DNA of 64,000 bases from the human T2T-CHM13v2.0 reference genome, Homo sapiens (GCF_009914755.1 NC_060939.1); one strand, 5' to 3'. Positions 27,341-44,401 are shown, counted from the stretch's first letter. Made by a program: numbers and translations. Notes: generated by a model from the sequence alone, not told the origin.

Positions 27341-28139
27341 TGGAAGGACCACTGGGATCACTGATATATGAGGAGGTGGGAGCAGGAAAGGCAGACCACA
27401 GTAGTACAGGGCAGGAGAGAGAAGGCCTCTCAGGGAGTGATGCAGGGGCAGCTCCCTGAGGAATGCATTCTGCATGGAGGGATTTGAATGTCTGGGTCCT
27501 ATTTGTTTAAATGTTACCCCTGCCCATGAGATCTACATGCCAGGAGGACAGTCAGGAGTGAGAGTGGTCCCTGCCCACTGAGAAGGCCTCTGTGGGATTA
27601 GGTTTTGGGAGGAGCGAGGGTGGAGAGGGACAGAGAGGACCCCCATGCTCATGGAGTAGCAGGCTCAGGGACCTTGGATGATCCTGTTTATGTCCTTTTG
27701 TCCATTGCTCAAACCTTCCACTACACCCCTAGTACAGTTACTGTCCCTGCAGTCATTTTGCAGATATAGGTGGGATCCATGGATCAGAAAACTCAAAGCA
27801 GTCGGCTTATGGCCATGTGGTGTCTAAACATCTGAAACTGATTGCTGCCTACGAGGAAGTGCAAATAAGCGGGATCTGCAGCTGCCCAAGAGAGGGGACC
27901 CAAAGGGAGAGAGCAGTGTGGCAAGCAAAAGGCATGCTGAAGAGGCAGTGAGCCAAGGTGGGCCTTGGTGGGGGCACTTTTACAGGATGTTTTCCTAGGC
28001 CCTACACATGTTCCCCCATCTGGGTCTGCCTGTTACTCCTCCATGTGTTTAACTATTCTCCTACAGACCTTATGATGCTTTCCTGTCTCAGACTGTAACT
28101 TTTTTTAACTTCATTCTTTCTATGGCACATCTACTGTCT

Positions 28140-30580
<2,441 letters not shown>

Positions 30581-31097
30581 GCTCAGGTCTTCTCCAGTAT
30601 GAAATCTTTTCTGTCTTCATTTATTTTTCATGACCTTGATGCCTTTAGAAAAATACCAGTCAGACATTTTGAAGCTGCCTCAAACATGGATTTGTCTGGT
30701 GATTTCTCATGATTAGACTGCAAATAAGGGTTACATTAAACATTTGCATTGATCTAAGTTTGAAGACAAAAAAATTGAGCAAGATATTAATTTGAAATGC
30801 AAACTTAGAGAAATAATAAATAAAAACTAAAGAGAAAGACAAATATAGAATTCAAAATAATAGTTACCTTCAGCAAGGAAGAAAGAGGATAAAATTTTGG
30901 GAATGCTCTCAGCAAACATCAACAATATTGCTAATAACCCTTCTATGCAGCTTCGCAGTGACCATAGGAATAAACTTTTACTTTGGAATAGTTTTAGATC
31001 TATAGAACAGTTGTGAATATCATACAGAGAGTGTATATATGTCCCGCAAACAGTTTCCCTTATTATTAACCTCTTATATTAGTGGGACATATTTGTC

Positions 31098-31430
31098 TTT
31101 TGTTTTGTTTTGTTTTGTTTTTTGTTTTTTGTTTTGAGATGGAGTCTCGCTCTGTTGCCCAGACTGGAGTGCAGTAGTGCAATCTCGGCTCACTGCAAGC
31201 TCAGCCTCCCCGGGTTCACCCCATTCTCCCACCTCAGCCTCCCGAGTAGCTGGGACTACAGGCGCCCGCCACCACGCCCGGCTAATTTTTATTTTTTTAT
31301 TTTTTTATTTTTAGTAGAGACAGGGTTTCACCATGTTAGCCAGGATGGTCTCAGTCTCCTGACCTTGTGATCTGCCCACCTCGGCCTCCCAAAGTGCTGG
31401 GATTACAGGCGTGAGCCACCACGCCCGGCC
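31098..31430 (-). mobile_element. AluY
   Basis: CpG-rich Alu with 'cactgcaagctc'; TSD 'atatttgtc'. Confidence 0.93.
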
Positions 31431-32070
31431 ATATTTGTCACAATTAACAAACAAATATTATATGTTATCACTCACTAACATCTGCACTTTATTCAGATGT
31501 CCTTGGGTTTCATTTAACGTCTATTATCCATTCTAGGATGCCTCCCAGGACACCTTTTCACATTAGATGTCATGTCTCCTTGGGCTCCTATGCCTGTGAC
31601 AATTTCTCAGACTTTCCTTACTTTTAATAATATTGACACAGCTAATTTGGAATTTCTCTAATGTTTTTCTCCTGATTAGACAGAAGTTAGGAGTTTGGGG
31701 GAAGAAGAACAAGAACACAGAGGGAAAGTGTCACTTTCATCCCATCACCTGAAGGGATGGACTATCAATAGGCTTTATCACTGCTGATGTTACCTTGATC
31801 ACTTGGATGATGTAGTTCTTATTTTCTCTGCTGTAAAGTTTCTCATTTCACCGTTTCCATGCTGTATATTTAAAAAGAAGTTGCTATTCACAGCACATAC
31901 CTAAGAAGTAGAAAATCATGCTCCACCTCTTTGGGCAGATTACCTACAAAATTACTTGAAATCCTTATGTCAAAAGGCACTGAACAACCTTTCATATGCT
32001 CATCCAACAAGAAATGGTTATTCAAATAATTTGCCCATTTTTAATTTGTATGTTTGCCTCCTTGAGTTGA

Positions 32071-32326
32071 TTTTATTTTTTTGAGACAAGGTCTTACTAT
32101 GTTGCCCAGGCTGGAATGCAGTGGTGTGATCACAGCTCACTGCAGCCTCGACCTCCCCTGGCTCAGGTGATCCTCCCGCCTCAGCCTCCTGAATAGGTGG
32201 GACAGGTGCACACCACCACACAAGCTAATTTTTCTATTTTTTTGTAGAGACTGGGTTTTGCCATGTGGCCTAGTCTGGTCTTGAACTCCTGGGCTCAAAA
32301 GATCTGCCTGCCTCGGCCTCCTAAAG
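32071..32326 (-). mobile_element. AluJ (slightly truncated)
   Basis: 'gatcacagctcactgcagcctcgacc'. Confidence 0.88.
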
Positions 32327-33337
32327 TATTCTGGAGATTATTAATGTATTCTGGAGAACAGAACCTTATCAGCTAAATGAATTACAAAATTTCTTCCATT
32401 TTTGGGGTTTTTGTTTTACTTTTGATAGTGTAATTTTAATCACAAATAATTAAGATGAATATATCTATTTTTTTCTTCTCTCCCTTGTGCTTCTGGTGTC
32501 AAATCTTAAAAACATTGTTTAGCACTTACATTTAGGTATATGATCCAGATTGAATCAATCAGACATATGGCTTCAGGGAGGAGTCCAACTTTCATTTAAG
32601 TATCCACTAATCCCAGCAACATTGGTTGAAAAAGACTTTTTTCATATTGAAATGACCTGGGAACCTTATAAAATCAGTTTACCATATTTTATAGTCCATT
32701 ATGATGTATAATCTGTATTTCATCTCTCTCTACCATGTCTTGGTTACTATCAGGTTTTAGTAAGCCTTGAAATCAATGAGTGAGGAGTTGAGTACACCAA
32801 CTTCGTTCTTCATTTTGAAGATTGCTTTGTCTTTTATATATCTCTTGCATTTCCATGTCAATTTTACCATCAGCTTGCCAATTACAGCAACTGAAAAGCC
32901 AGCTTGGCTTTTTGATAGGGGTATAGCTGACCTGGACCACATTTCTCACTTCTGAGACCTGGATAACAGCTATTTAGATGCTGTTATTTGAGTATTTGCA
33001 ATTCAAGATATTTTCCCACTCTTCCAACCTCATAGTTAACTCCTTGAGAAAAGACGTAATTATTTAAGTTACTCATATCATTTTAATTCCTCACCTTAAA
33101 ATTCCTCATGGACAGTTATTCTGCTCATTATAACAGAAGCTCCTATAAGAGCACAGTGACTTGTTAAATCCCATTTTACTCTTTATTTCAGTGCATATTT
33201 TATAGTCCATTACGGTTTATACCCTGTATGCTATCCCTCTCCAAACTCTCCAGGAAAATAAAAAGGCAGAGATGCAGGCCATGAAGGAGACACAGGAGAC
33301 ATAGACAAGGAGGGACCCATCTTAAACTGACAAATAA

Positions 33338-34026
33338 TGTAACCAAGCACCTTCACAGCTGAGCCTCAAACTGCTTTTAAACTTTTTTTCTTCTTTTCCT
33401 CTTCCTCTTTCCCTTCCGAGTCTTAATATATAACTTTGAGACAAACTACATATATGTTATCTTTTGTCTTGAAAACAGCCTCAGAATGTGCTGTGAACCT
33501 CCACTCTCTATTTTTCCCCACACTATACTCCCATGCCTTTGCACCTTTATTTACCTAAATGCTTGTTAAGCACGTGCCTTGCTCTCTTATCTGGTCATAT
33601 ATTTCCTTAGAAGTTTCAGGGGTCACATCCTGATAGGGACCCGGCACCTTCAGAATTCTCTTTCCAACAAAAGATTACTTCAAAGACAGAACCCACACCC
33701 TGCTGAAGAGTGCCAACAAAATTAACTACAACTAATTTATAAGCTGGCAGGATCCACGATCGTGCCAGCCCCTTCGCCAAATGGGACAATAATTCAGGAG
33801 GACCACCAGAGCAAGCCACACCCCATGGCACCTCCTAGCCCCTCTTGCTTCTACATTCCAAACCCTTTCTTTAAAACCCCTCCATTCCCTCCACAAATTG
33901 AAGAGTGCAATGGCTCTCGGCTCTTCCCCTTGCTGGCACCAATAGTAAAGGAATATGACTCTTTCTTGTCATAACTCATTATTATTTTGACTTATTTCAA
34001 GCAAGTGGACCGTTTTGCCAATTACA
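33338..34026. mobile_element. Solo LTR, ERV1-type (family not assigned)
   Basis: TG...CA ends with 4-bp TSD 'ataa'. Confidence 0.75.
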
Positions 34027-34061
34027 ATAAGAGTCAAAGAGCTCTAAGTGCTCAGACTTAA

Positions 34062-35735
<1,674 letters not shown>

Positions 35736-35864
35736 GTATTAGTGAATACTGACTTAGTTGTTAATGCAGACCTGCTATTATTCTACACACTGTATGTATT
35801 ATTAGTTCATTCAACGCTCACAACTTCTCAAGAAGCAGGCATTTTTTTTTTTTGGTGAAGTGCA

Positions 35865-36228
35865 TTTTATTTTATTTTATTTTTATTATACTTTAAGTCT
35901 TAGGGTACATGTGCACAATGTGCAGGTTTGTTACATATGTATACATGTGCCATGTTGATGTGCTGCACCCATTAACTCGTCATTTAACATTAGGTATATC
36001 TCCTAATGCTATCCCTCCCCCCTCCCCCCAACCTCACAACAGGCCCCAGTGTGTAATATTCACCTTCCTGTGTCCATGTGTTCCCATTGTTCAATTCCCA
36101 AACATGCGGTGTTTGGTTTTTTGTCCTTGCAATAGTTTGCTGAAAATGATGGTTTCCAGCTTCATCCATGTCCCTACAAACGACATGAACCCATCATTTT
36201 TATGGCTGCATAGTATTCCATGGTGTAT
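35865..36228 (-). mobile_element. Short L1PA 3' end inserted in the unit C MIR
   Basis: L1 3'UTR 'tactttaagt..tagggtacatgtgcacaa'. Confidence 0.9.
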
Positions 36229-36764
36229 ATTAACACTTCCACAGTCAAGTTCTGAGCTTGCGCTAATGTCCTCCATGAAAGGAACAGAAGAACTGTGAGA
36301 TTGACTCAGTCTGGTCCAGTGTCCTCGCTCACATCAACTGTGTTAGAATATCTTTCCTCTTAAATGGTAAATACTTTCTACAACTATTTTAAGAACTTAC
36401 CCTACCCCACGGTCATGACATTATTTTCCTAAGTTAGGTTCTAAATCTTGTATTAAATTTTTATTGTATTTATATCAATAATCAAGCTGAAATTGATTTT
36501 CTGTGAAATATGAGAACAAACATCTTACTTTATTTCTCCATCTCATTTTATTTAACATAAATAGATGTTAAATTTCCCAGAACATTTATTGAAAAGGTGT
36601 ACTTTCCCTGTTGGTCTTTCTCATAAATTACTTGCTCATATATGCTTTAGTCTGTTTCTGTGCTCTCTTCTCTTCTTCCATTGGATTATTTTTCTTTCTC
36701 TGTACAAATAACGACACTTAATTACTAAGAGACTTAAGATAACACAAGAATTTTTCCTCCAGGG

Positions 36765-37235
36765 TCCATTCTCTTAACCATTGTAATATTCTGTAATGAA
36801 GAAAGAGAAGAGTAAAACCCACATGGCTTGCACCTACCAGTACTGCCAGCCGTATTTTGAATAAAGAAGAGGGTGTTGAACTTTAGAGCACTGTTTTTGA
36901 TGCTTATGTCTCTAACATCTTTGTGAATCTACACCACTCCTGCTTTATTAGTACATTTTGAGTGAATTTTATTAGATGCTATGCCTCCTCTTTGTTTTTC
37001 CCTACTTTCTGAAGCTTCAGGGACTTTCTATTGCCCCAGAAAAAGCCATCCTTGGCAGGTTTTTGAAGAGGCATCCCTGGTTGCATCCTACTCACACAGA
37101 TAAGCCTCAGTGGACTTGGTCCTACTCCATTGAACAATGGCTTGGCTGCAGCAGGCACAGCTGAGCTGACAGCTCTTTGTGGAGTCTGCATGGGGAATGC
37201 CTCCTGCCCCCAGCCTTCTGTGGTCAGTTTGCAAA
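36765..37235 (+). repeat. Paralogous unit C conserved block and GC-richer block
   Basis: 'ttctgtaatgaagaaagagaagagtaaaac', 'aataaagaagagggt', 'cagctgagctgacagctctttgtggagtctgcatgggg'. Confidence 0.88.
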
Positions 37236-37243
37236 TTACATTC

Positions 37244-37357
37244 ATTTTTATTTGTTTAATAGACAAGGGTCTTGTTAGGTTGCCTAGGGTGGTCTCAAAC
37301 ACTTGGGCACAAGCAGCCCTCCTGCCACAGGCTTCCAATTAGCTGGGACTAGAGACA
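37244..37357 (-). mobile_element. FLAM/Alu monomer
   Basis: 'agacaagggtcttg..ggtctcaaacacttgggcacaagcagccctcctgcc'. Confidence 0.8.
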
Positions 37358-37365
37358 TTCTTTCT

Positions 37366-37445
37366 TATAAAGAATGTGTTGGTTCAGTGATCACTTTAGC
37401 TTGCTAACCAAGCATTGCTATCATTTCACACTTTGCCTGGTAATA
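37366..37445 (+). promoter_or_regulatory. Unit C candidate TATA box, ~50-nt first exon (~37390-37439) and GT donor
   Basis: TATAAAG at 37366; 'gcttgctaaccaag...tttcacactttgcctg|gtaata'. Confidence 0.5.
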
Positions 37446-39122
37446 TGTGTTCTTGCTTTTTCTTTTGCAGGCAAATATTTTTAGCACTCGGTATAAAATT
37501 TCTTTATTTTTTGGTCATATAAAAATCATCTAAAACAAAATTTGTATTTTCATATTATATTTTAATGCCTCTCATTCCCTAACATTCCCTACTTTAAAGT
37601 ATTCATAGTCATTTTTCATAATATCTTACTAATTATTTTTTCAAGCATCACAATTTCCTAATAAAATGAAAAATATCACTTTTATTAGGAAAGACAGGTG
37701 TTACATACTCTCTGTTATAGTGTTTTCCAGAAATTTTCTATAAAATACCTATGGTTGAAAAGGAGAATTACTTGGACTTTTCTGAGAGCCAAAAGGTAAA
37801 ATTTGCTAAGAGCCTCAGGCTTATAAAAACAGTGAATGTTTGTATGACTTAGTCTGTTGTGATTGTGAAAGGTTAAAAAGGCATTGGTTTGTGTAGATAA
37901 AACACTGAGACTCATTTTTAAAGCAAAGGCCAGCCACAATGTTACTCACAATGTTACTGTGCATGTATGAACATCACATTGTTTGCTTTTTCCTTGACCC
38001 AAAAGCTATAAACTTTGGCAGGAGACTTTAATTCCTTCCACCTTACTTTCACAAAGGTAAACATGGCATTTTTGTACAAGTGAACCATAAGATAGATATG
38101 TATACTTTTCTTGTAATTTGATAAGTGATTACTAAAATTACTTTCAATGAAATGAAAAATGCCACTAAGGAAAACTGTACATACATCTCCAGGTGGAATA
38201 TATTTTTGTAATAGGTTCTCTTGGAAAGAAAATTGAAACCTTTATTTATCACCTAACAAAGTATTTTTGAAAGTTCTCATGCTTGTGTTTTTAGAATTTT
38301 ATTTTTGTTGATTCAGTCAATAATTTTCTCCATTTTCTATTGCTTAAATGTACATTCATGTCCATTGTTTTTTAGGCTCAGACTTTGACAGTCCTCTGAT
38401 ATACTTTATATGTAAATAGATGGCTGAGTGTTCTGGCTGATGAACATGGGTTACTTAACCAGAGTTAAGCGAGGACTTTCTCACCTGAAACCACCAAGAG
38501 ACACAAAAGCCAGAAAAGGACAGAAATTAATTCAAGGGTCAACAAATAGAGTCGGCTTTCTTTAAGACCTGAAGTGTAGAAGTCTAGGTTGAACCCTAGG
38601 TTGATTACGTTGAAGACTACATTCTCCTGTGAAGCAAGCATTCCTAAAGGGTAAGGCTATGAGACACAATAGTGCATGCTGGCTATGCAAGTGATGAGAT
38701 GGCCAAGCTAACAGTCCAAAAACTATCCTGGGGAAGGGGCAGTCATTTGTTCAAGATTCCTGAAATGTGAGGAAGCAACAAAGAGCAGACACACTTTATG
38801 GGTAATTTTACTCCAAATTAATAGATGGGCACTTGTTTTGTATGCTGTTTTACAAACTGCCTTCGTTTTCTTATGAATATGCCATTAGGATTTGTGAAAT
38901 GGGTATCATGACGGTTTAGATTTGCATTTCATCGAGGACTAATATTGTTGAGCATCTTTGCATTGTACATTTGTATAGCTTCTATGGAAAAATGTCTATT
39001 CATAGAATTTGTCCACTTTTAACTAGAATGTTTTTCTTTATATCTTTGACTTATAAGAATATTTTACAGATTATGTACAATAGACCCTATCAGCTACATG
39101 ATTTGTAAATATTTTCTCCTAT

Positions 39123-40097
39123 TGTTACAGGATTCCTTCAGTGCTGCTTTGCCAGCCGGGAATCTCTGCAGCCATCGCCACCTCTGCCCGGGTCTCATTC
39201 AGACCCACTGGGTTCGCTCTGCCCACTCAGCCCGGCACGCTGTGCTCTGCTCTCGCCCCAGCCCAGATCCCACGGCCCCTGTGGCTCCCCACTCAGCCTG
39301 CAGCTGGACTGGGAGTGCCATAAGTGAATTCCGGTTGGGGGCCAGCATCCAGACAAGGGGAATGTGGTGGCACCTGAAAACGGAGGTGACAGCAGTTGCA
39401 AAGCCCCAAGGGGTGTTACAGCTCTTGCTTGGGGAGCCCTGAGGTCTGAGCCCCACAGGAATGTTGCAGCTCTTCACTCCTGTAGCTCATAGCTCAGTGA
39501 GCTGCGGCATATTACAGCTCTCTTTCTCCTATAGTCCAACCAGCAGGAGCATGTTACCAGCCCTTTGATTCCCGTTATTTCCAGCTTGGTGAGCAGAAGG
39601 GAGTGGCACTCAGTGGCTGTTTCTCTCGGTGAGCAGAAGGAAGTGTTACAGCTCATTTTAATCCCACCATTCAGTGAGTTCCAGGTTCTTGTCCCACGAC
39701 CAGGAGGAATGAGTAACGTGGACACTGGAGAGTGAACAAGGCAGAGAATAATTTTATTGAACAACAGAAAAGCTCTCAACAACGAGACAGGACCCAAAGT
39801 GGGTAGCCGACTGTGAGGCTGAGTCCGGGAGTTTTTATGGGTTTGGAATGAGGAGGTGCAGGCTGTAGGTAGTCTTGGGAAAGGCAACATTTGATTGGTT
39901 AAAAAGCATTATTCCAAAAAACCAATCAGTAAAGAGTGGGCAAGCATGAATAGAAGTTCTCACTCTGGTCCATGGACTCTCTCCAGAACTGGTAGTTTGG
40001 TTTTCAGGCTTCAGACTGTCCTTGGCTTGAAGGTCAATTTTCACCAGAGAACCCATCCCCGTCTGCCTAGGAATTTGTCTGCCTCCTGTGGCTATCA
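39123..40097 (-). mobile_element. Solo LTR, LTR27/MER52-group (ERV1)
   Basis: Minus-strand start 'tgatagccacaggaggcagacaaattcctaggcagac'; 4-bp TSD 'ctat'. Confidence 0.85.
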
Positions 40098-40280
40098 CTA
40101 TTATTTGGGTGGTCTTGATAGTGTAGTTTGAATAACGAAAGTTTTAAATTCTGTTGAAGTTCAATTTATTCTTCCTGCTTCTATCACTTCTATTTTGTGT
40201 GATAACTTAGACTGTATTATTTGACCTAAGGCCACAAAAGCAGATACATATATTGTCAATCACAGGTTTCATAGTATTAG

Positions 40281-41805
40281 TGATGGCAGCAGTGGGCCAT
40301 CCGGAGCAGCTGCTGTTGTCATGCTGGCCACTGTGGGGAGGGCACAGGAGGAGGCAGAGCTGGGTCTGGGGTGGTGCTGCGCTCCACAGAGCTGGCAGGA
40401 GCCAGGGACAAGTAGGAGTCCCCAGAGAAGCCCTGGGGGCCATCATGATTGGGATGGACCAAGTTGCCCACTGGTCGGGGAGCAGCGCGGTCAGGCATGA
40501 AAGGGTATGCAAAGAGGGTCCCAGTGAGAACCTGGGGCCCCTGCCCCAGGCTCTGAGGAGGCGCAGCCAGGGCTTCCTGCATGCTCCACAGAACAGGCAG
40601 GAGCCCTGCCCTCCCAGGCACAGGACTGGGCATCTCTGCAGTCTACACCCTTGGGGGCCCAGGCAGGCTCCCCTTACCCCTGCAGGCTCAGGGGTGTTGG
40701 CTCTTGCTGCCTGGCCCCTCCCCACTCTGGGTGCCCACTCTAATCTTTGAGAAGGGTTGGGGCCAAGCCCAGGCACTGCCACAGCCCAGCCAGTGTGGGG
40801 CACTGGGGCAGCACTGACACATCAGCCCCTTTCCACCTCAGCCCCCTCCAGACTTTGGTCACCAAAGAGCATGGGGTAAGCTGAGGGGGAACTGAAGGTG
40901 ACTCAGCACTGGCCTGCAGGTGCCCCTTGGTGCAAATAGCCTGGGCACCATGGACAGAGGCATCTGGCAGACAGGCTCTTGGGTGAAAGGGGTCGGTCCC
41001 CAGTGAGGCCCCACTTTCAGGCCAGGGAGGGCCTGAAGGCTGGGGGCCAGGCTGATGCCAGACCCATGGGCCAGAGTTAGAACTTGTATTGCCTTTTCCA
41101 GGCCCAACTATGGCCACCCATGGACCAATCCACATGCACTTTCTCCCCTCTGAGGCCCATAAAAGCCCCTGGCTCAGACAGAGCAGAGCAGAGCAGAGGA
41201 TGGGATGACCAGTTGCAGAGAGCTACCCTCTCTCCTGAGAACTGAACATTTACTGGAATGACCTGCTTGCAGAGAGGAGTTACCCTTTCTGTTAGAAGCT
41301 GAACACTCGTCAGGACACCCTGGCTACAGAGAGGAGCTGCCCACTGTAGGGCTTCTCTGAGCTGTTCTATTGCTCAATAATGCTCCTCTTCACCTTGCTC
41401 ACACTCACCCTGTGTATTTCATTCTTCCTTGTTGCAGGACAAGAACTCAGGACCTGCCAAATGGCAAAACTAAAAGAGCTGTAAGGCAAATAGGGCTGAA
41501 ACATGACCCTTACCCACCACATTGCTGGTGAAGAGAAAGAGAAAAAAGCTGCAGCCCTTCAGGGAGCTCAGACCTGGGAGCCCCCTGAACCAGAGCTGTG
41601 ACTCCCTCTTTGGGGCCCTGTGAGTCCTGACATCTCCAAGTTTCCAGGTGCCACCACATTCCCCAGTGTCAGCCGGAAGCTGCTTGGGGTGCACTTGGTC
41701 CAGCCACAGCCTCACAGAGAGCCAGCATTCATGCCAGCCACAGGTTTTTGGCCACTAGCCACAGGTTCCTGGCCAGAAAAGCAACACCCCAAAGATCTTG
41801 TAACA
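40281..41805 (+). mobile_element. Solo LTR, MER52/LTR28-group (ERV1)
   Basis: 'tgatggcagcagtgggccatccggagcagc...cttgtaaca'; 4-bp TSD 'ttag'. Confidence 0.9.
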
Positions 41806-41819
41806 TTAGCTCTTACGTT

Positions 41820-43220
41820 TAGGTCAAAAGATTTTATGAAAACCATAAAGCAGCTACATCTGCAGTAACTGATCAAAAACAATTTGTATGACCGCCATAC
41901 ATGGGATCATAAAGGAGGAATGGGGAAAATGGATATTCAGTTTTTCTGGATGAATAATTTAGATTTAGAATATCATTTACACATAAATTGAATTTTTGTT
42001 ATTTCTAGTTTACTCTTCAGGTATTCCTTTGGACAATGTCTATAAAGTCCAGCCCTGAAATTTGAATTAAATAACTGTAAAAATTAACATGTAAAATAGA
42101 AATTACAGTATTACTGAAATAATCTAATATACATAATAACTAGGTAGAAGGTAAATAAAGTTTGCCAATTTGTATGAATCTATATTTCAACAGGTTTTCT
42201 CACTAACAAAGCAGAATACAGCCAATGAGACACCACAATATAACACTGAGAAATAGGCAGCCACAGAGAAAAATAATATATTCCACTAATGCTAGAGGAT
42301 GTATTTTCACAACTTTCAAATAGAGTTCCATCTAACAATTGATAGTGTCAAAGCACTGTTGCCCAGAATATGGTCATATGTGGTTCTCCTCATATGCACA
42401 CACATGAACTGGGTCTAAAAAACCTTTCATTGGCCAGGCGCAGTGGCTCATGCCTGTAATCCCAGCACTTTGGGAGGCCGAGGTGGGCAGATCACGAGGT
42501 CAGGAGATCAAGACCATCCTGGCTAACACGGTGAAACCCCGTCTCTACTAAAAAATACAAAAAATTAGCTGGGCATGGTGGCAGGTGCCTGTAGTCCCAG
42601 CTACTCAGGAGGCTGAGGCAGGAGAATGGCGCGAACTTGGGAGGAGGATCTTGCAGTGAGCCGAGATGGTGCCACTGTTCACTGCACTCCAGCCTGGGCA
42701 ACAGAGGAAGACTCTGTCTCAAAAAAAAAAAAAAAAAAAAAACAAACCTTTCATTGACATCTTCTACTAAAATCATCAACACGGAAACTGGCAGACGGCT
42801 GTCAGTAGGTTAGAAGGATAATCCCACAGAGTGTAGCAAAGGAATCTCACAAGAAATGCAGCATCACCAGTGCTTCTGATTAGCAGAGATGATGATAATG
42901 AAGGAAAAATCATGGATGAGATGAGTTTAAAAGGGATTCAGAAGAGTTTGTTCTGAGTGGGAAAAATTTATCAGTACCTTTATTAACATATTTTGCTTAT
43001 AATTTCATCTCATTAAATAAATGGAATGAAAAAAGACAAGCATCCACACACATATACATTAATAAGAATTATTTTCAATATTTGCTAAATACTTGAAGTC
43101 ATAAGAAGCATTTTGTCATACTTTGTCAAGGTTTTATTCCTTCACTGTAACATAAAATCATGTTGCATTTTACAATTATGGAAATGATCCATATTCCATT
43201 TTGTAGAAAACAGTATCAGT
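41820..43220 (+). mobile_element. Tc2/Kanga-like transposase remnant (unit D), interrupted by AluY
   Basis: 'KLAD...IIPQSVAKESHKKCSITSASD'; colinear with 34430-35735. Confidence 0.55.
42432..42743 (+). mobile_element. AluY
   Basis: Full Alu, long A tail, TSD 'aaacctttcatt'. Confidence 0.95.
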
Positions 43221-43824
43221 ATTAACAAATACTCACTTCATGGTTGATATAAGTCTATAGGTGTTATGTATCATTTGATCATTCAGTTCTCACAAAGTCT
43301 CACGTGGTAGGCACTACTCTCACTCCCATGTTCAATTTCTGAATCTGAGCTAAGTCCTACAAGAAAGGAAAATGAGGACCTTGAGTTTGACTTGGTCCAT
43401 ATCCAGTCCTTGCTCCCGTCAGCTATGTTAGAATATCTTTTCTCTTGTGTGGTAAATATTTTCTATGACTAATTTAAGGAATCTTACCCTATCCCATAGT
43501 CACAAAGTTATTTTCCTAAAGCAGGTATAAATACTGTATTAAATTATTTTTATATTTGAGTTTATTATCTACCTGCAACTGATTTTGTGTGTAGTACAAA
43601 ATTAAAGATGGATTTGATGTTCCCCAATGAATATTTGATTTCCTGGATCATTGATTGTAAAAGTCATCTTTACCCCATTAATTTCGCTTATAAATTATTT
43701 TCTTTTGTATGATTTTGTCTGTTATTGAGCTCTACTTATTTCATTGCTTTATCTCTATGCAAATATCACATTTTCTTAATTACTAAGAGAATGCATTTAA
43801 CATAAAAATTACCCATAGCCTGTT

Positions 43825-44300
43825 ATCTTACTCACTGGTCTATTCTGTAAGGAAGAAAGGGAAGAGTAAAAACCTGCATACCTTGCACAAATACCTGTAT
43901 TCCCAGCTGTACTCTGAATAAAGAGGAGGGTTTAGAACATTGGAATATTACTGATGATACTTATGCCTCCAATGTCCTTGTGAATCTTAGGTAATCCTCC
44001 TAATATTAGTCTCCACGTTAGTTGCTTACTACTTTTTTGGTGAATTTTATTAGAGCTCAATGTGCTTTGTTACAGGTCTCTACTTTTTGTAGCCTGGGGA
44101 TTTTCTACTCCCCCAACAGCCAGATGAGGCAGAAACCCCTACAGACATCCCTATGTGCCTCCTGTGCAAGTGCAGTTGCCCCTTGAAGGCAGTTCTCCTG
44201 CTGCAGACCACGCCCACCAAGGGCAGAGTCACAGCCACTGCAGCTGAGCTCAGAGCCTTCTGTGGGGTCTGCAGGGGCAAGGCCAGCTGTCCCCTGGGAT
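43825..44300 (+). repeat. Paralogous unit D conserved block and GC-richer block
   Basis: 'attcccagctgtactctgaataaagaggagggtttagaac', 'gcagctgagctcagagccttctgtggggtctgcaggggcaagg'. Confidence 0.9.
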
Positions 44301-44324
44301 AGTTTGAAGAATGCAGTTTGTTTG

Positions 44325-44401
44325 TATAATAAAGATGTTTCTCTACGTCATTCATCTTGCTAATCAAGGACGTTTAACAGCTTCAGACTTTCCTGGTAAT
44401 A
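44325..44401 (+). promoter_or_regulatory. Unit D candidate TATA box, 49-nt first exon (44347-44395) and GT donor; SNRPN upstream U1-exon-like from memory
   Basis: TATAATAAAG at 44325; 'gtcattcatcttgctaatcaagg...cttcagactttcctg|gtaata'. Confidence 0.55.

Larger units (their letters stand above)
30970..32930 (-). mobile_element. Old L1MC/L1M fragments interrupted by Alus (paralogous to 50650-51050 and 12060-12700)
   Basis: 'atatttgtcacaattaa' shared with 50647; antisense ORF2 3' text. Confidence 0.6.

Noticed and set aside
40207-41135. GC-rich ORFs of 100-198 aa
   Set aside because: Entirely within a MER52-group LTR; expected from base composition
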